From Dendrobates tinctorius (Eukaryota): DNA of 64,000 nucleotides. The notes beneath the pieces are model-generated. The model was given only the letters and a program-made list of their open reading frames with translations, was not told the DNA's origin and did no database searches. Shown piece after piece: positions 1 to 11,100 of the stretch. The translations under genes and the position numbers were made by a program. The stretch is from the NCBI RefSeq assembly GCF_039654945.1, contig NW_027362062.1, positions 3,100,001 to 3,164,000 of the forward strand. Direction: 5' to 3'. Each line of letters starts with the position of its first letter. Positions within the stretch are counted from its first letter, which is position 1.

Positions 1-1100
1 AGATTGTACAATCATTTTAACATGTGTTTTCAAAGTAAGTACCCCAGCCTCATCAGGTCGACTACTATTGTATGCAGTCTGAATAGTTGAATCTTGTCAT
101 AAGTCAGCTTTATAGGGAAAGGGAAATAGACCCCCACTAGATTCAGTTCTGTGAACACTCCCTAGAGCCGTTTCTCCAAGTGTCACATCCTCTTCTTTTT
201 CTTCCTAGTAGTTTCTTAGCTTCTTGTCCCAAACCCCACAATGTGGACCCCGGCCTAATTCCAAGTGCATCACTTGCCCATACCATTGCTTTTATATATA
301 AAATAGGATAATGCATGTACACTGCTATAATATTTGTACAGAGATAATTAGCTTTTAGCGAGCATTGAATACTGGAAGATTTCGGTTAGGTAGAATTATG
401 AATGCAGCTCTGGAGAATACTATAAACTCATAATTAGTATCAGATACTGTAAGTGATACAATGTATTTACAAAGAGGCAACTTCGTATGAAGATAAACTC
501 TACAAGTAAAATATTAAGGAAAAATTAGGATACAATTTAAGGATCACCTTAATGGCGTTCTTTAAAGGGGGTGTCTCATGAACACAATCCCTCGCCATAC
601 ACCTTAAGACCGTCTCTGTTGACTGATGAAACAATCCTTTTAATGCCATCTCCTCTGTATCTTTCCAAATACTCCATTTCTGAGGATCCTCTGCTACACG
701 GGAACGTCTTATGTTCTTTCTTCATGAGCACAGGGCTCCTCTGTCTCCCGACTTCCTGCTTGCCAGGAGGCAGTGTACTCCTGATGATTGATGGTTCAGA
801 CCAGTGGCGTTGTCGCTCCGCTGGTCCAACCTGTGCAAACAGAGGAAGCTTTGCCTCTGCAGCATCTGAGGAGCGCAGGGGAACTGAAGTTGGCCAGATC
901 CAGTGATTTACTCAGATTCAGAGCAACACTTACAAGCTCTAAAGCAAAGAGCTTGTAAGTGCTGCACTCTTGGCCACCTCAGTTAGACTGCAGAGATGGT
1001 CGGTAATGAGCAATAAACAATAAATAAATTGCAATTCTTTACCCATTTAGGAAGCAGAAACAACACCTTTAATAGACTCCAGCGACCGCCGCGCACTCAC

Positions 1101-4100
1101 CAGTACTCTTCTCGCTCTCTTATTTCTTCGGTGGTGCTCCATAGACAGGCATTGGAGATTGCATTGTGCACCAGTTCCTGGTGACTGGGGAATGTATAGG
1201 TCGGGTCTTCACATACGTCCACTATCCTCTGCGGTAATCCTTCTATCAGCTTGGACTTTGTCAGCCATAGCGCCTGCTTCACTCCTGACACAGAGAAGGG
1301 AAAGATGTGACTCCGCGAGGGATTAAAAATGCAGCATAAACCAAAAATGAGCAGATGACAGAATGTAGCACTGCCGAAACTCCAGAGATCAGTGTGGAAC
1401 ACCAGCCAAAAAAAAGCTAAATTTCCCTGCAGCGTCTCCACAGGAGGCAGGGATCACTACACACCTCTTACTGAAATCCATGAACATGCCGGGTCCTAGA
1501 GAACAAGACATACTGCAGCCTCTATTACAGATCCACGCCAATGTTACAGGGACATTAAAGAGATTCTGAATACGGGAATTTTTTCCCCTTATGCCCCTTA
1601 AACCCCCACTTATATAGAACAGACCCCCAACATACAGCATGTGATCCACAAAAAGCATGTGACCCCCATTAGCACACCTCATAATAAAATCTCCCTATTC
1701 TACACAGATCCCGGACCAGTCCTCCCCCTTCTACACATCGTTCCCCCACACCTGCGCGGAGCCCGGCCCTCCCTACACCTAACAAGATCCCGGCCCGGCC
1801 CTCCCTACACCTAACAAGATCCCGGCCCGGCCCTCCCTACACCTAACAAGATCCCGGCCCGGCCCTCCCTACACCTAACAAGATCCCGGCCCGGCCCTCC
1901 CTACACCTAACAAGATCCCGGCCCGGCCCTCCCTACACCTAACAAGATCCCGGCCCGGCCCTCCCTACACCTAACAAGATCCCGGCCCGGCCCTCCCTAC
2001 ACCTAACAAGATCCCGGCCCGGCCCTCCCTACACCTAACAAGATCCCGGCCCGGCCCTCCCTACACCTAACAAGATCCCGGCCCGGCCCTCCCTACACCT
2101 AACAAGATTCCGGACCGGCCCTCCCTGTCTTATGAGGAAAGGTTGCAGGATTTGGGAATGTTTAGTTTGCAAAAGAGAAGACAGAGAGGAGACTTAACAG
2201 CGGTCTACAAATATCTCAAGGGCTGTCACATTGCAGAAGGATCATCTTTATTTTCATTTGCACAAGGAAAGACTAGAAGCAATGGGATGAAACTGAATGG
2301 GAGGAGACACAGATTAGATATTAGAAAAAACTTTTTGACAGTTAGAGTGATCAAAGAGTGGAACAGGCTGCCACGAGAAGTGGTGAGTTCTCCTTCAATG
2401 GAAGTCTTCAAACAGAGGCTGGACAGACATCTGTCTGGGATGATTTAGCGAATCCTGCTTTGAGCAGGGGGTTGGACCAGATGGCCCAGGAGGTCCCTTC
2501 CAACTCTACGATTCTACACCTAACAAGATCCCGGCCCTCCCTACACCTAACAAGATCCCGGCCCGGCCCTCCCTACACCTAACAAGATCCCGGATTGGCC
2601 CTCCCTACACCTATCCAGACCCCGGGCCGATCCTCCCTACACCTATCCAGACCCCGGGCCGATCCTCCCTACACGCGCCCAGACCAGTCAATGCGCAGTT
2701 TGACACAAGCCAGACCAGGCAATGACAAACAACCAACTGGCAATTTATTCAGAGTTTCACAAAGTGTCAGCCAGAGGCCTCCCAGCACAGGGACACCGCC
2801 CCCCCCCCCCCCATACCTCCCAGCACAGGGACACCGCCCCCCCCCCCATACCTCCCAGCACAGGGACACCGCCCCCCCCCCCCCCATACCTCCCAGCACA
2901 GGGACACCGCCCCCCCCCCCATACCTCCCAGCACAGGGACACCGCCCCCCCCCCATACCTCCCAGCACAGGGACACCGCCCCCCCCCCCCCCCATACCTC
3001 CCAGCACAGGGACACCGCCCCCCCCCCCCCCATACCTCCCAGCACAGGGACACCGCCCCCCCCCCCATACCTCCCAGCACAGGGACACCGCCCCCCCCCC
3101 CCATACCTCCCAGCACAGGGACACCGCCCCCCCCCCCATACCTCCCAGCACAGGGACACCGCCCCCCCCCCCCCCCCATACCTCCCAGCACAGGGACACC
3201 GCCCCCCCCCCCATACCTCCCAGCACAGGGACACCGCCCCCCCCCCCCCCCCATACCTCCCAGCACAGGGACACCGCCCCCCCCCATACCTCCCAGCACA
3301 GGGACACCGCCCCCCCCCATACCTCCCAGCACAGGGACACCGCCCCCCATACCTCCCAGCACAGGGACACCGCCCCCCATACCTCCCAGCACAGGGACAC
3401 CGCCCCCCATACCTCCCAGCACAGGGACACCGCCCCCCATACACCCAGCACAGGGACACCGCCCCCCATACCACCCAGCACAGGGGCACCGCCCCCCATA
3501 CCTCCCAGCACAGGGACACCGCCCCCCATACCTCCCAGCACAGGGACACCGCCCCCCCCATACCTCCCAGCACAGGGACACCGCCCCCCCCATACCTCCC
3601 AGCACAGGGACACCGCCCCCCCCATACCTCCCAGCACAGGCACACCGCCCCCCCATACCTCCCAGCACAGGGACACCGCCCCCCCCATACCTCCCAGCAC
3701 AGGGACACCGCCCCCCCCATACCTCCCAGCACAGGGACACCGCCCCCCATACCTCCCAGCACAGGGGCACCGCCCCCCATACCTCCCAGCACAGGGGCAC
3801 CGCCCCCCATACCTCCCAGCACTGGGACACCGGCCCTCCATACCTCCCAGCAGCCGGCATTTGGGGTTGAATATATAGGAAGGCTGCTCCTTGTACAGCG
3901 CCATCTGCTGGGCGGGCGGGGAGCGGTAATACTGCGGGTTCCAGTCCCTACGGAACTCTATGTACTTGGGCCGCGCCAGCCAGGGGACGTAGTAACAGCG
4001 GTCCGCGTACGTGATCCGCTCCAGCCCCGGGATCTCCAGCGGCTCCTTCTTCTCCCGGGGACTCTGCTCTCGCTTCCGTCTGGCTCTGACACTCAGGCAT

Positions 4101-4165
4101 CGGAGACCGGTTCTGTGAACGCAGGACACACCGGCGGCGGAGGAGACGAGCATGGAGGCCGCCAT
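1101..4165 (-). CDS. MRPL37: Mitochondrial ribosomal protein L37 (mL37), exons 1-2; downstream exons lie left of the window
   Basis: Exon 1 4165-3844 (MAASMLV...LEIPGLERITYADR..YVPWLARP...YIFNPKCRLLG, donor G|GTATGG). Exon 2 1284-1101 (GVKQALWLTKSKLIEGLP...LWSTTEEI.EREEY, acceptor CAG, donor TG|GTGAGT, 184 nt). Motifs match mL37; head-to-head with CYB5RL as in other vertebrates. Confidence 0.95.
1763..2675. repeat. 32-bp minisatellite (CGGCCCTCCCTACACCTAACAAGATCCCGGCC), split by a CR1 insertion
   Basis: 11 near-perfect copies at 32-bp period (1771...2091), resuming with degenerate copies after 2516. Confidence 0.95.
2127..2515 (+). mobile_element. 5'-truncated CR1 LINE 3' end
   Basis: ORF2 C-terminus (LGMFSLQKRRQRGDL..YKYLKG..RFLTVRV...WNRLPREVV..S...FKQRLD) followed by a CR1-type 3' terminus GTCCCTTCCAACTCTACGATTCT. 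Confidence 0.9.
2778..3850. repeat. Minisatellite of 30 to about 40 bp with a variable poly-C tract, in MRPL37 intron 1
   Basis: About 31 copies of C(n)ATACCTCCCAGCACAGGGACACCG; explains the stop-free ORFs at 2595-4177. Confidence 0.97.
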
Positions 4166-4330
4166 GTTGGCGCGCAAGGGATGATGGGTAGCGAGCGTCA
4201 GCTGAGCGGAGCGGATCTGGAGCTGGAGTCAGTGCGGGAGCCGCAGCCGCACGCTATGTCTGTGTGCACACTGTATGCTGCGTCCATGAACGTGATCTCT
4301 ACCCAGTAGTTCTCGTCTTTGCAATTTTAC
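4166..4330. promoter_or_regulatory. MRPL37/CYB5RL bidirectional CpG-rich promoter with probable non-coding first exon of CYB5RL
   Basis: CpG-rich; YY1-like CCGCCATGTT overlapping the MRPL37 ATG; plus-strand donor TAC|GTGAGT at 4331; the CYB5RL ATG exon starts with an acceptor at 5301. Confidence 0.6.
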
Positions 4331-4375
4331 GTGAGTTTTTTTCACTTTTCTTTCTTTTCCTCTCATATCTTTCAT

Positions 4376-4480
4376 TTAGATTGTGAACCCCATCGGGGAC
4401 AGTGACGATGATGTGTGCAAACTGTAAAGTGCTGCGGAATATGTTAGAGCTATATAAAAATAAAGGTTGTTATTATTACT
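4376..4480 (+). mobile_element. L2 LINE / L2-tailed SINE 3' end
   Basis: TAGATTGTGAACCCCATCGGGGACAG...TGTAAAGTGCTGCGGAATATGTTAGAGCTATATAAAAATAAAG followed by (TTA)n, typical of an L2 3' tail. Confidence 0.7.
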
Positions 4481-4934
4481 GCTCTTATTTTTCCATCTGC
4501 CGTGTTTTTTTTGTTTTGTTTTTTTTTGCAGGAAACCTTTAATTGTATCATAGAATGCACTGGAATATAGGGAAAAAGAAATCAATTTTAATGGTTAAGA
4601 AATGTGGAATGATTGCATAACTTTTTTCTTTTAATTTTTCCATCACTGTTTTTTGGTCACGAGCTTTAGATTTTATTTCTAGCGTTTCGGGGTGCAAAGT
4701 ACGTTTTGAACACTTTTTCGTCGGGTGTCACTCACGGTCCGTGTAGAGACCTGAGTAGCCGGACCGACCGCAGCTCCACACCTGAACGTACCGCCGTGAC
4801 GTGTCTATGAGGCTGGTGACTTGGTGTTTTAACCCGCCTAGCGGGAAACCCGTCCGTCTGAAACATGCCTTACTGCATTTTTTGTGGGATGTGGGGTCAA
4901 GAAAGAGGATAAAAAAAAAACAGCTGTGACATTT

Positions 4935-4976
<42 letters not shown>

Positions 4977-5303
4977 CTTTACACAATTTTACTGTTGGGT
5001 CAGTTTTATATTTCCATTGTCCTGGCTGTTTATGTTTTTTAGTCTCTCCAGAGGATGAGGAACCCAAACTTTCGATTGTTTGATGTGACACAGTTTTGTA
5101 GTCTGTAGGCAAAATTACCGCTCTCCCATGACGCCCACTCACAGGTTCACGCACCAAGTGGCGAGGGGTTAATCCGGAAAGGGTGGAAACGTCGTTGCCA
5201 TATTATCAAATATTCTTAATTGGCAGATGGCCCTATAAATAATAATAATTAGCGCTGGAGCAATAGCTGCAAACTAAACTCTTGTGTTTTTTCTCGACAG
5301 GTT

Positions 5304-8078
5304 ATGACCAACAATGATAAGAATGACTGGTTGTCACTCAAACCAGTGGAACCGACGCCTGCACAGTGCTGCGGAAGCGGCTGCTCCCCCTGTATATATG
5401 ATGTCTATCAGGCCCAGCTGGAATTATGGGAAAAAGCAAAGGAAAAAGACAACCCCGACCTCCTACGGAAAATCAGAGTACAGGTGATTGATTGCAGAGT
5501 AAGGGTCCCGTTTCACATAGCGACGCACCAGCGATCCTGACAACGATACGACCTGGTAAGCATCGCTGGTGCGTCGCTACATGGTCGCTAGTAAGCTGCC
5601 AAACCGGCAGATCTCTCCAGCGACGCACCAGTGATCCCGACAACGATGCGACCTGGTAAGGATCGCTGGTGCGTTGTCACACAGCTGCTATTCTGAACGA
5701 TTCCCACCTGTGTCCCTGAGTTCTGCGTCGCCAACGAGATCGCTGGTCGGCATCAAACACAGCGATGCATGCTGGCCAGCGGGACGTCGACGATGAAAAA
5801 ATAGCCTAAGACATTCAAGCATGATCAGCGATATCCAGCGGGGGGGCCGCTATGTGTCACATGTAGCGAGATCGCTGTTGCGTCACAAAATCGGTGACAC
5901 ATCAGCGATCTCGCTATGTGAGACGGGGCCTTCTCTTTCTATATACTTTGCATTACTTCTCTTGTACTGGGCACGGGTTGCAATCTATATTATACTCCAG
6001 AGCTGAATTCACAATTCTGTTCAGATTATGTGAGCTGATATAAAGCCTTCAGAAATTAGTATTATTTCTTATATTGTCTTTGCAGATGATGCTTCACAGA
6101 ATGCAAATCGCTAGAGCGCAATTTGATATTGCTGGAAGATTTCAGCTCTGAAGGGTGAATGCAGCTTTGTACTATAACACAGACGGTAATACTGGGGCCA
6201 ATATAGATGAATACTGCACATGTAGATGCTGCATTATAATGAGGGGGATTGTCTAGGGTTGGTTTTCTCCTCCTTTCTATAAGAACCACTCTGATCGGTG
6301 ATCATGTGATAACCCGCCGCCATCCTCCCACAGAACCTCAGTGTGCTGCTGACTTCAGAAACTTTTGCCGAGTTCCCGCTGTGCTCCGTGGAGCAGGAGA
6401 CAGAGGACACCGGTCGCTACAGATTTCAGCTTCCATCCGGGACCAGTTTGGGACTGAAGTTAGGACAACATCTTGTGCTGAGGTATCACGTACCCGGACT
6501 AATACTCTACTTGCTGATGGATTGTCCCCACGCTGAAATGCCCCATAGGAATGGAGCGGTGTCCGCACATATACCATACGTGCCACCGCTCTATTCGTCA
6601 CCAGCTCGGCCTTCTGCAGCCTCAAAGACAATGAATGGAGGCGCGGTGAAATATATGTGTGTGGATGTGGCCACCAATCCATTGAGTCTCTTCCAAAACG
6701 CATTTTTGGGGATTGCTGGGGTTTCAAGAAGTTGGCTCCCCGTTGGTCCCCAAATTATCACCTTTGGATAACATAGAAACAATCTTCAGCCCCCTGAATG
6801 GTAAAGGGGGCAATGTTTCACTCCTCCCTCCTTCATCTGTTTGGCAAAGCGTGCCTCTACCCTAATGGAAACCTTCAACAAGCATGCCAAGAGACCCATC
6901 ACTCTAACAACCTGGCTAAGTTTCTTTTAATATGGATGAATAGTTTAATCGAATGAGAGAAGTAGTGAACCTCTTCCTGATCCATGTTGGAGCAGCCGAG
7001 GGGCTCCATCTCACGATTATCGCCCCCAACCGTACAATAAGTAGCAGTACAAGTCCATAGTCTTCGCACTGGGCCATGTGACTGCTAAAGTGCCTTCTAA
7101 AAATGTGACTGTCATATTTTTACTTTCACAGAGGAATAGTAAATGGAATGGAGATCCAAAGAGCATACACCCCCATCAGTTCTGTGGACGTACAGGACTT
7201 TTTTGAAGTTTTAATAAAGGTACATGCACTTTTTATAGGAATTAAAGGCGTTGTATTATCACTACGGTTTGTGCAAACCACTATGGTTTGTGCACACTTT
7301 GGAAGTTGCTTCCTATCTGTATGATAGTGATTTGACTTTCTGATCCCTGAGGGTCCGACTTCTGGGACTTCCACGAAGTGCCGAGAATGGGGATCTGAAG
7401 AGCGTCGTCTGAATGAAGCTGAGGTTGACCATGCATACCTGAACTGCAGTGGTACTCTATGGGCTTTTGGAGCACAGAGTTCCTCTATCTCTGGCAGTCC
7501 CATTGGGAATAAATGGAGCAGAAGGGGTGCGTGATTGACACCTGCTAAGACTCGTCCCAGCAGTTGGACCCCCCCTATGATCATTTCTTTACCTTCTATC
7601 TTACAGATAAGGGATAATTTCCAAACGTAGCACTCTTTAACTTGCCCAACCAATCAAAAAGTTGTTGTCCTCTATTGGACAACTTCTGCTTAATAAATGC
7701 TGGACCCCATAAAAAAATAAAATCAATGGATACTCTCCTCTCGCAGCTGCACAATTCCTCCGATGTTGGTGTTACTGTTCAAGGCAGGTGATGTGACATT
7801 GGCTGCAGCAGTTGTGTGACACACGACTGCTCTAACGAAGTATTGATGAGCTGCAACCGATCAGCGGCCTCCGACTGACTGCAGTGGTCACGTGATAAAA
7901 CAATGTCTTGTCAACTGCACTAATGTCACTGCTGCGGAGGTGAGTATCCATAATTTTGTTTTTCTACGGGACCCTGAATTGATTAAGCAAGGAGTGTTCT
8001 GTAGTGGACATCCCCATTAAGAGCTAAGTTAGAGCTCCAAGTTGCTAAGCAGTGGTTGTTATGGCTGTCCTGGGAAAC

Positions 8079-8147
<69 letters not shown>

Positions 8148-11100
8148 CTAAATTATGTATGATGCAAATGTGGCATTTCCTATGATAATGTAAAGAACTT
8201 GTTGCAGGTTTACGAGCACGGCTTGATGTCAGAATACATAAAGTGCTGGAAGCCGGGAGACTCTATAGCATGGAGAGGACCATTTGGAGGTTTCTTATAC
8301 AAGCCAAACAAGGTCAGCACTAAAGGATGTGTACCCTTTTCTTGCTCCAAAAAACTTTGTAAATAATCTCTTTTAAAGGGAACCTGTCACTCGATTCATG
8401 CTGCCCAAACCACGGGCAGCATGAATCGGAGCCTGGCTGCATCGATTGTAGATAAATTTTACTACTCTTGGAGTTTTCACATCAGTTTTTCCCAGCTCTG
8501 GCAAAATGGTCAAAGCTTGGGCGAGGAGAAACGTGCCACTGTCCATCTCTATCAGAGACTTGAAATTCCAACATCATTCTATCCCCCGACGACATCTGGC
8601 ACAGAATAGTTTTGAGGCCCCTAAACACATCAGTTGACCAGCTGGTGCCGTCAGAATCAACGTGTTCGTTGGCCGTTAAGATGACAATGTCTCAATCAGT
8701 TTCCATGTAGGTTCCCAAGTTCTTGTCTCGCTTGTCTTCACCTAGTTTGGGGAGTTGCTCATGCTGTGTTCGGGAACAGGAATAGCCCCGATGCTGCCAA
8801 TCTTGACCCACGTGACCGACAATGAAGTTGACGAAACCTTCATAACACTGGTGGTCTGTGCTCGAAATTTCCAAAATGTTTATATGAAGAACTTTCTCAG
8901 GGAGCAGTCAAGATACTGGAACGTAAGGATATTCTACGTCCTTAGCCAAGTGAGTACGTGGTCACTCATCCCATAAAATGTGAGTCACCTTTGTGGTTTA
9001 TAGGAGTCATTGAGCCCGGCCGGTAAGCCTTGGACTTGTGTAACGTCCTCAACAAATTGGCCATACATGTTTCTCCTGCCTGAGCGTGAACACGTCGGAG
9101 CACAGATTCAGTAGAAAGTCGACGATCAGGCACGAGCTGTGAATCTGTCTCCTAAGCTGCACATTTTATTGGTGTTTTGAGTGATTGATGGGGTCTCGAG
9201 TCCAGGTCCCCCACAGATCTACAAGTAATAGAAGGGATAAAAAATTTAATTGTTTTGCACAAACATTTAGATACTTTTTAAGTTTCTGTTAAAATCTGAA
9301 CTCAAAATTTTACGTGGTGTCTAATCTGTTGCATGCTTGACAACAGCAGTCGCTGACGGACCCCATTGACTGATGTGGTGGTCTGGAGGATTTTACCAAA
9401 GTAACTGTTATGTTGATGGGTAAAAAAAATAATGGAGCTTGCAGTAATATTCTTTTTCATCAAAAAACAGCCTTGGACGCAGATGTGAGCATGTGATGTG
9501 TATACAGCTTCTATACGGTCCTACGGTTGCATTAAAAATATTTCAACCTCCGTTGAAAATTAAATTTAGTAACAAAATGCTCTTTGCAATAAACCAGTGA
9601 AGCAAGAAAATTGCAAAAAGCTCAACACAACTAATATAAAAGATGGTTCGGCACAAAATGACACTTTTATTGCCTACTGCAGTCTCGGAAATACTCAACC
9701 CCTGAAAAGAATCCTCCATAAGAGCACACGTTGGAAAATCAGATGTAGTCTTGAGCAACCTGGTATAATAACCAGTAGGTGTGCTTGAGATAAATCTCAT
9801 CAAATACCTGGACTGGCAAAGGGTATGATGACTGGGATCATAAAAAATATAGACATTATTGAGATCTACTGATTTGGCTAAGCTCTTGATATGTGCAGTA
9901 CCGTGCTACATTTTTTCCACATCTGTCCAGAAGTTGCAGAGTTTGGCAGCTCACCAGCGATCATGTAGTGACACACCAGCGATCCTGACAAGTTCATATC
10001 GTTGTCGGGATCGCTTGTGAGTCGCTATGTGTGACGGGGCCCTAAGTTTTCAAACATAGAAGTGATAATAGTTTATTTTTTGTCAATGACAAAAAATGCA
10101 AAGTGAATGAACAAAAGCGGAAACGATTCGGTGACCGTTTTTTGCCTTCATCGGTTTTCCCAGATACACATGCACAAACTTTTTTAAAGGGACTCGGCAG
10201 GGAGGTTGTTCCAAACATCGTGTAGACCTGACCACACATCTTCATTGGATGTAGACGAGCAAAACCTTCTGTCTGAAGTCTATGCTGTTTGGTCCTGCCC
10301 TAAACTACCCCTTTTTAAGGTCAGAAATAGTCCACTTTATGCCCCTTCACTTGTTTTCTCCACAACTATGTCTTCTAGGCATTTTAGATGATAATATCCA
10401 GGCCTCGTAAAAAGGCTTTTTTTTTTTTTTTTTTTGTACACTCCTTTATTTGTACCAGGAAAGTGATTACTTGGCTTGAAAATTGACAGATCCACCAAAA
10501 TAATCCCGCTGGATTATGAATACGTTCCCTTTATATGCCCAAGATAATTTCCCTCATATATTTGATCAAAGCTGGTCTCTTTGGCTGGAGACGGAGCCTG
10601 GGGTTAATCCGAAGTATCGTCACCACTGATACTTTATTGTTGTTAATTTGTCTACTTCCTATACTACTTTTCTGACTTTAGGAGCAGAGGAGTGTGTGAT
10701 TGTGTGGATAATGGTACGAACGGTCACAATGAATATCTGGGCCTTGTCCGCCACAGTTGAGGTGTTCAGTGCCAGTCATTCATATACTTAAATTATGACC
10801 AGTTCTCCTATTCTATTGGGACATGTTTAATTTTCTCTGTGATTTATTGCATTATTTCTGTTCACCATTAGGAAGGTCATGTTCTCGTTTATTCAGGACC
10901 ATAAAAATTACAAACACTTTACTTGATTTGTGTGCGTGCTCTACCTGTTCATTGTTTATAAAGAGAAATGAAGTAGTCACCAGTTGCCACCAGATTCCTG
11001 AGGAGTCCGGTGGTCAGAACCCCACCGAATGACTGCAAATAACCTGCTGCAAGAATTTGTGACAGCGAGTGGTAAGATTTTGGTTTTAACATTAATGCAC

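Noticed and set aside
921-965. 18-bp stem hairpin (possible miRNA or terminator)
   Set aside because: Too short for a pre-miRNA and lies inside an apparent TTAA-flanked MITE (about 562-1072).
2595-3878. Pro-rich and Gly-rich ORFs of 350-430 aa in several frames
   Set aside because: Minisatellite artefacts; only 4165-3844 of the 502-aa ORF is MRPL37 exon 1.
6283-6333. Alternative upstream acceptor for CYB5RL coding exon 2
   Set aside because: It introduces an in-frame TGA; the 6334 acceptor keeps the frame open and gives a 149-nt exon.
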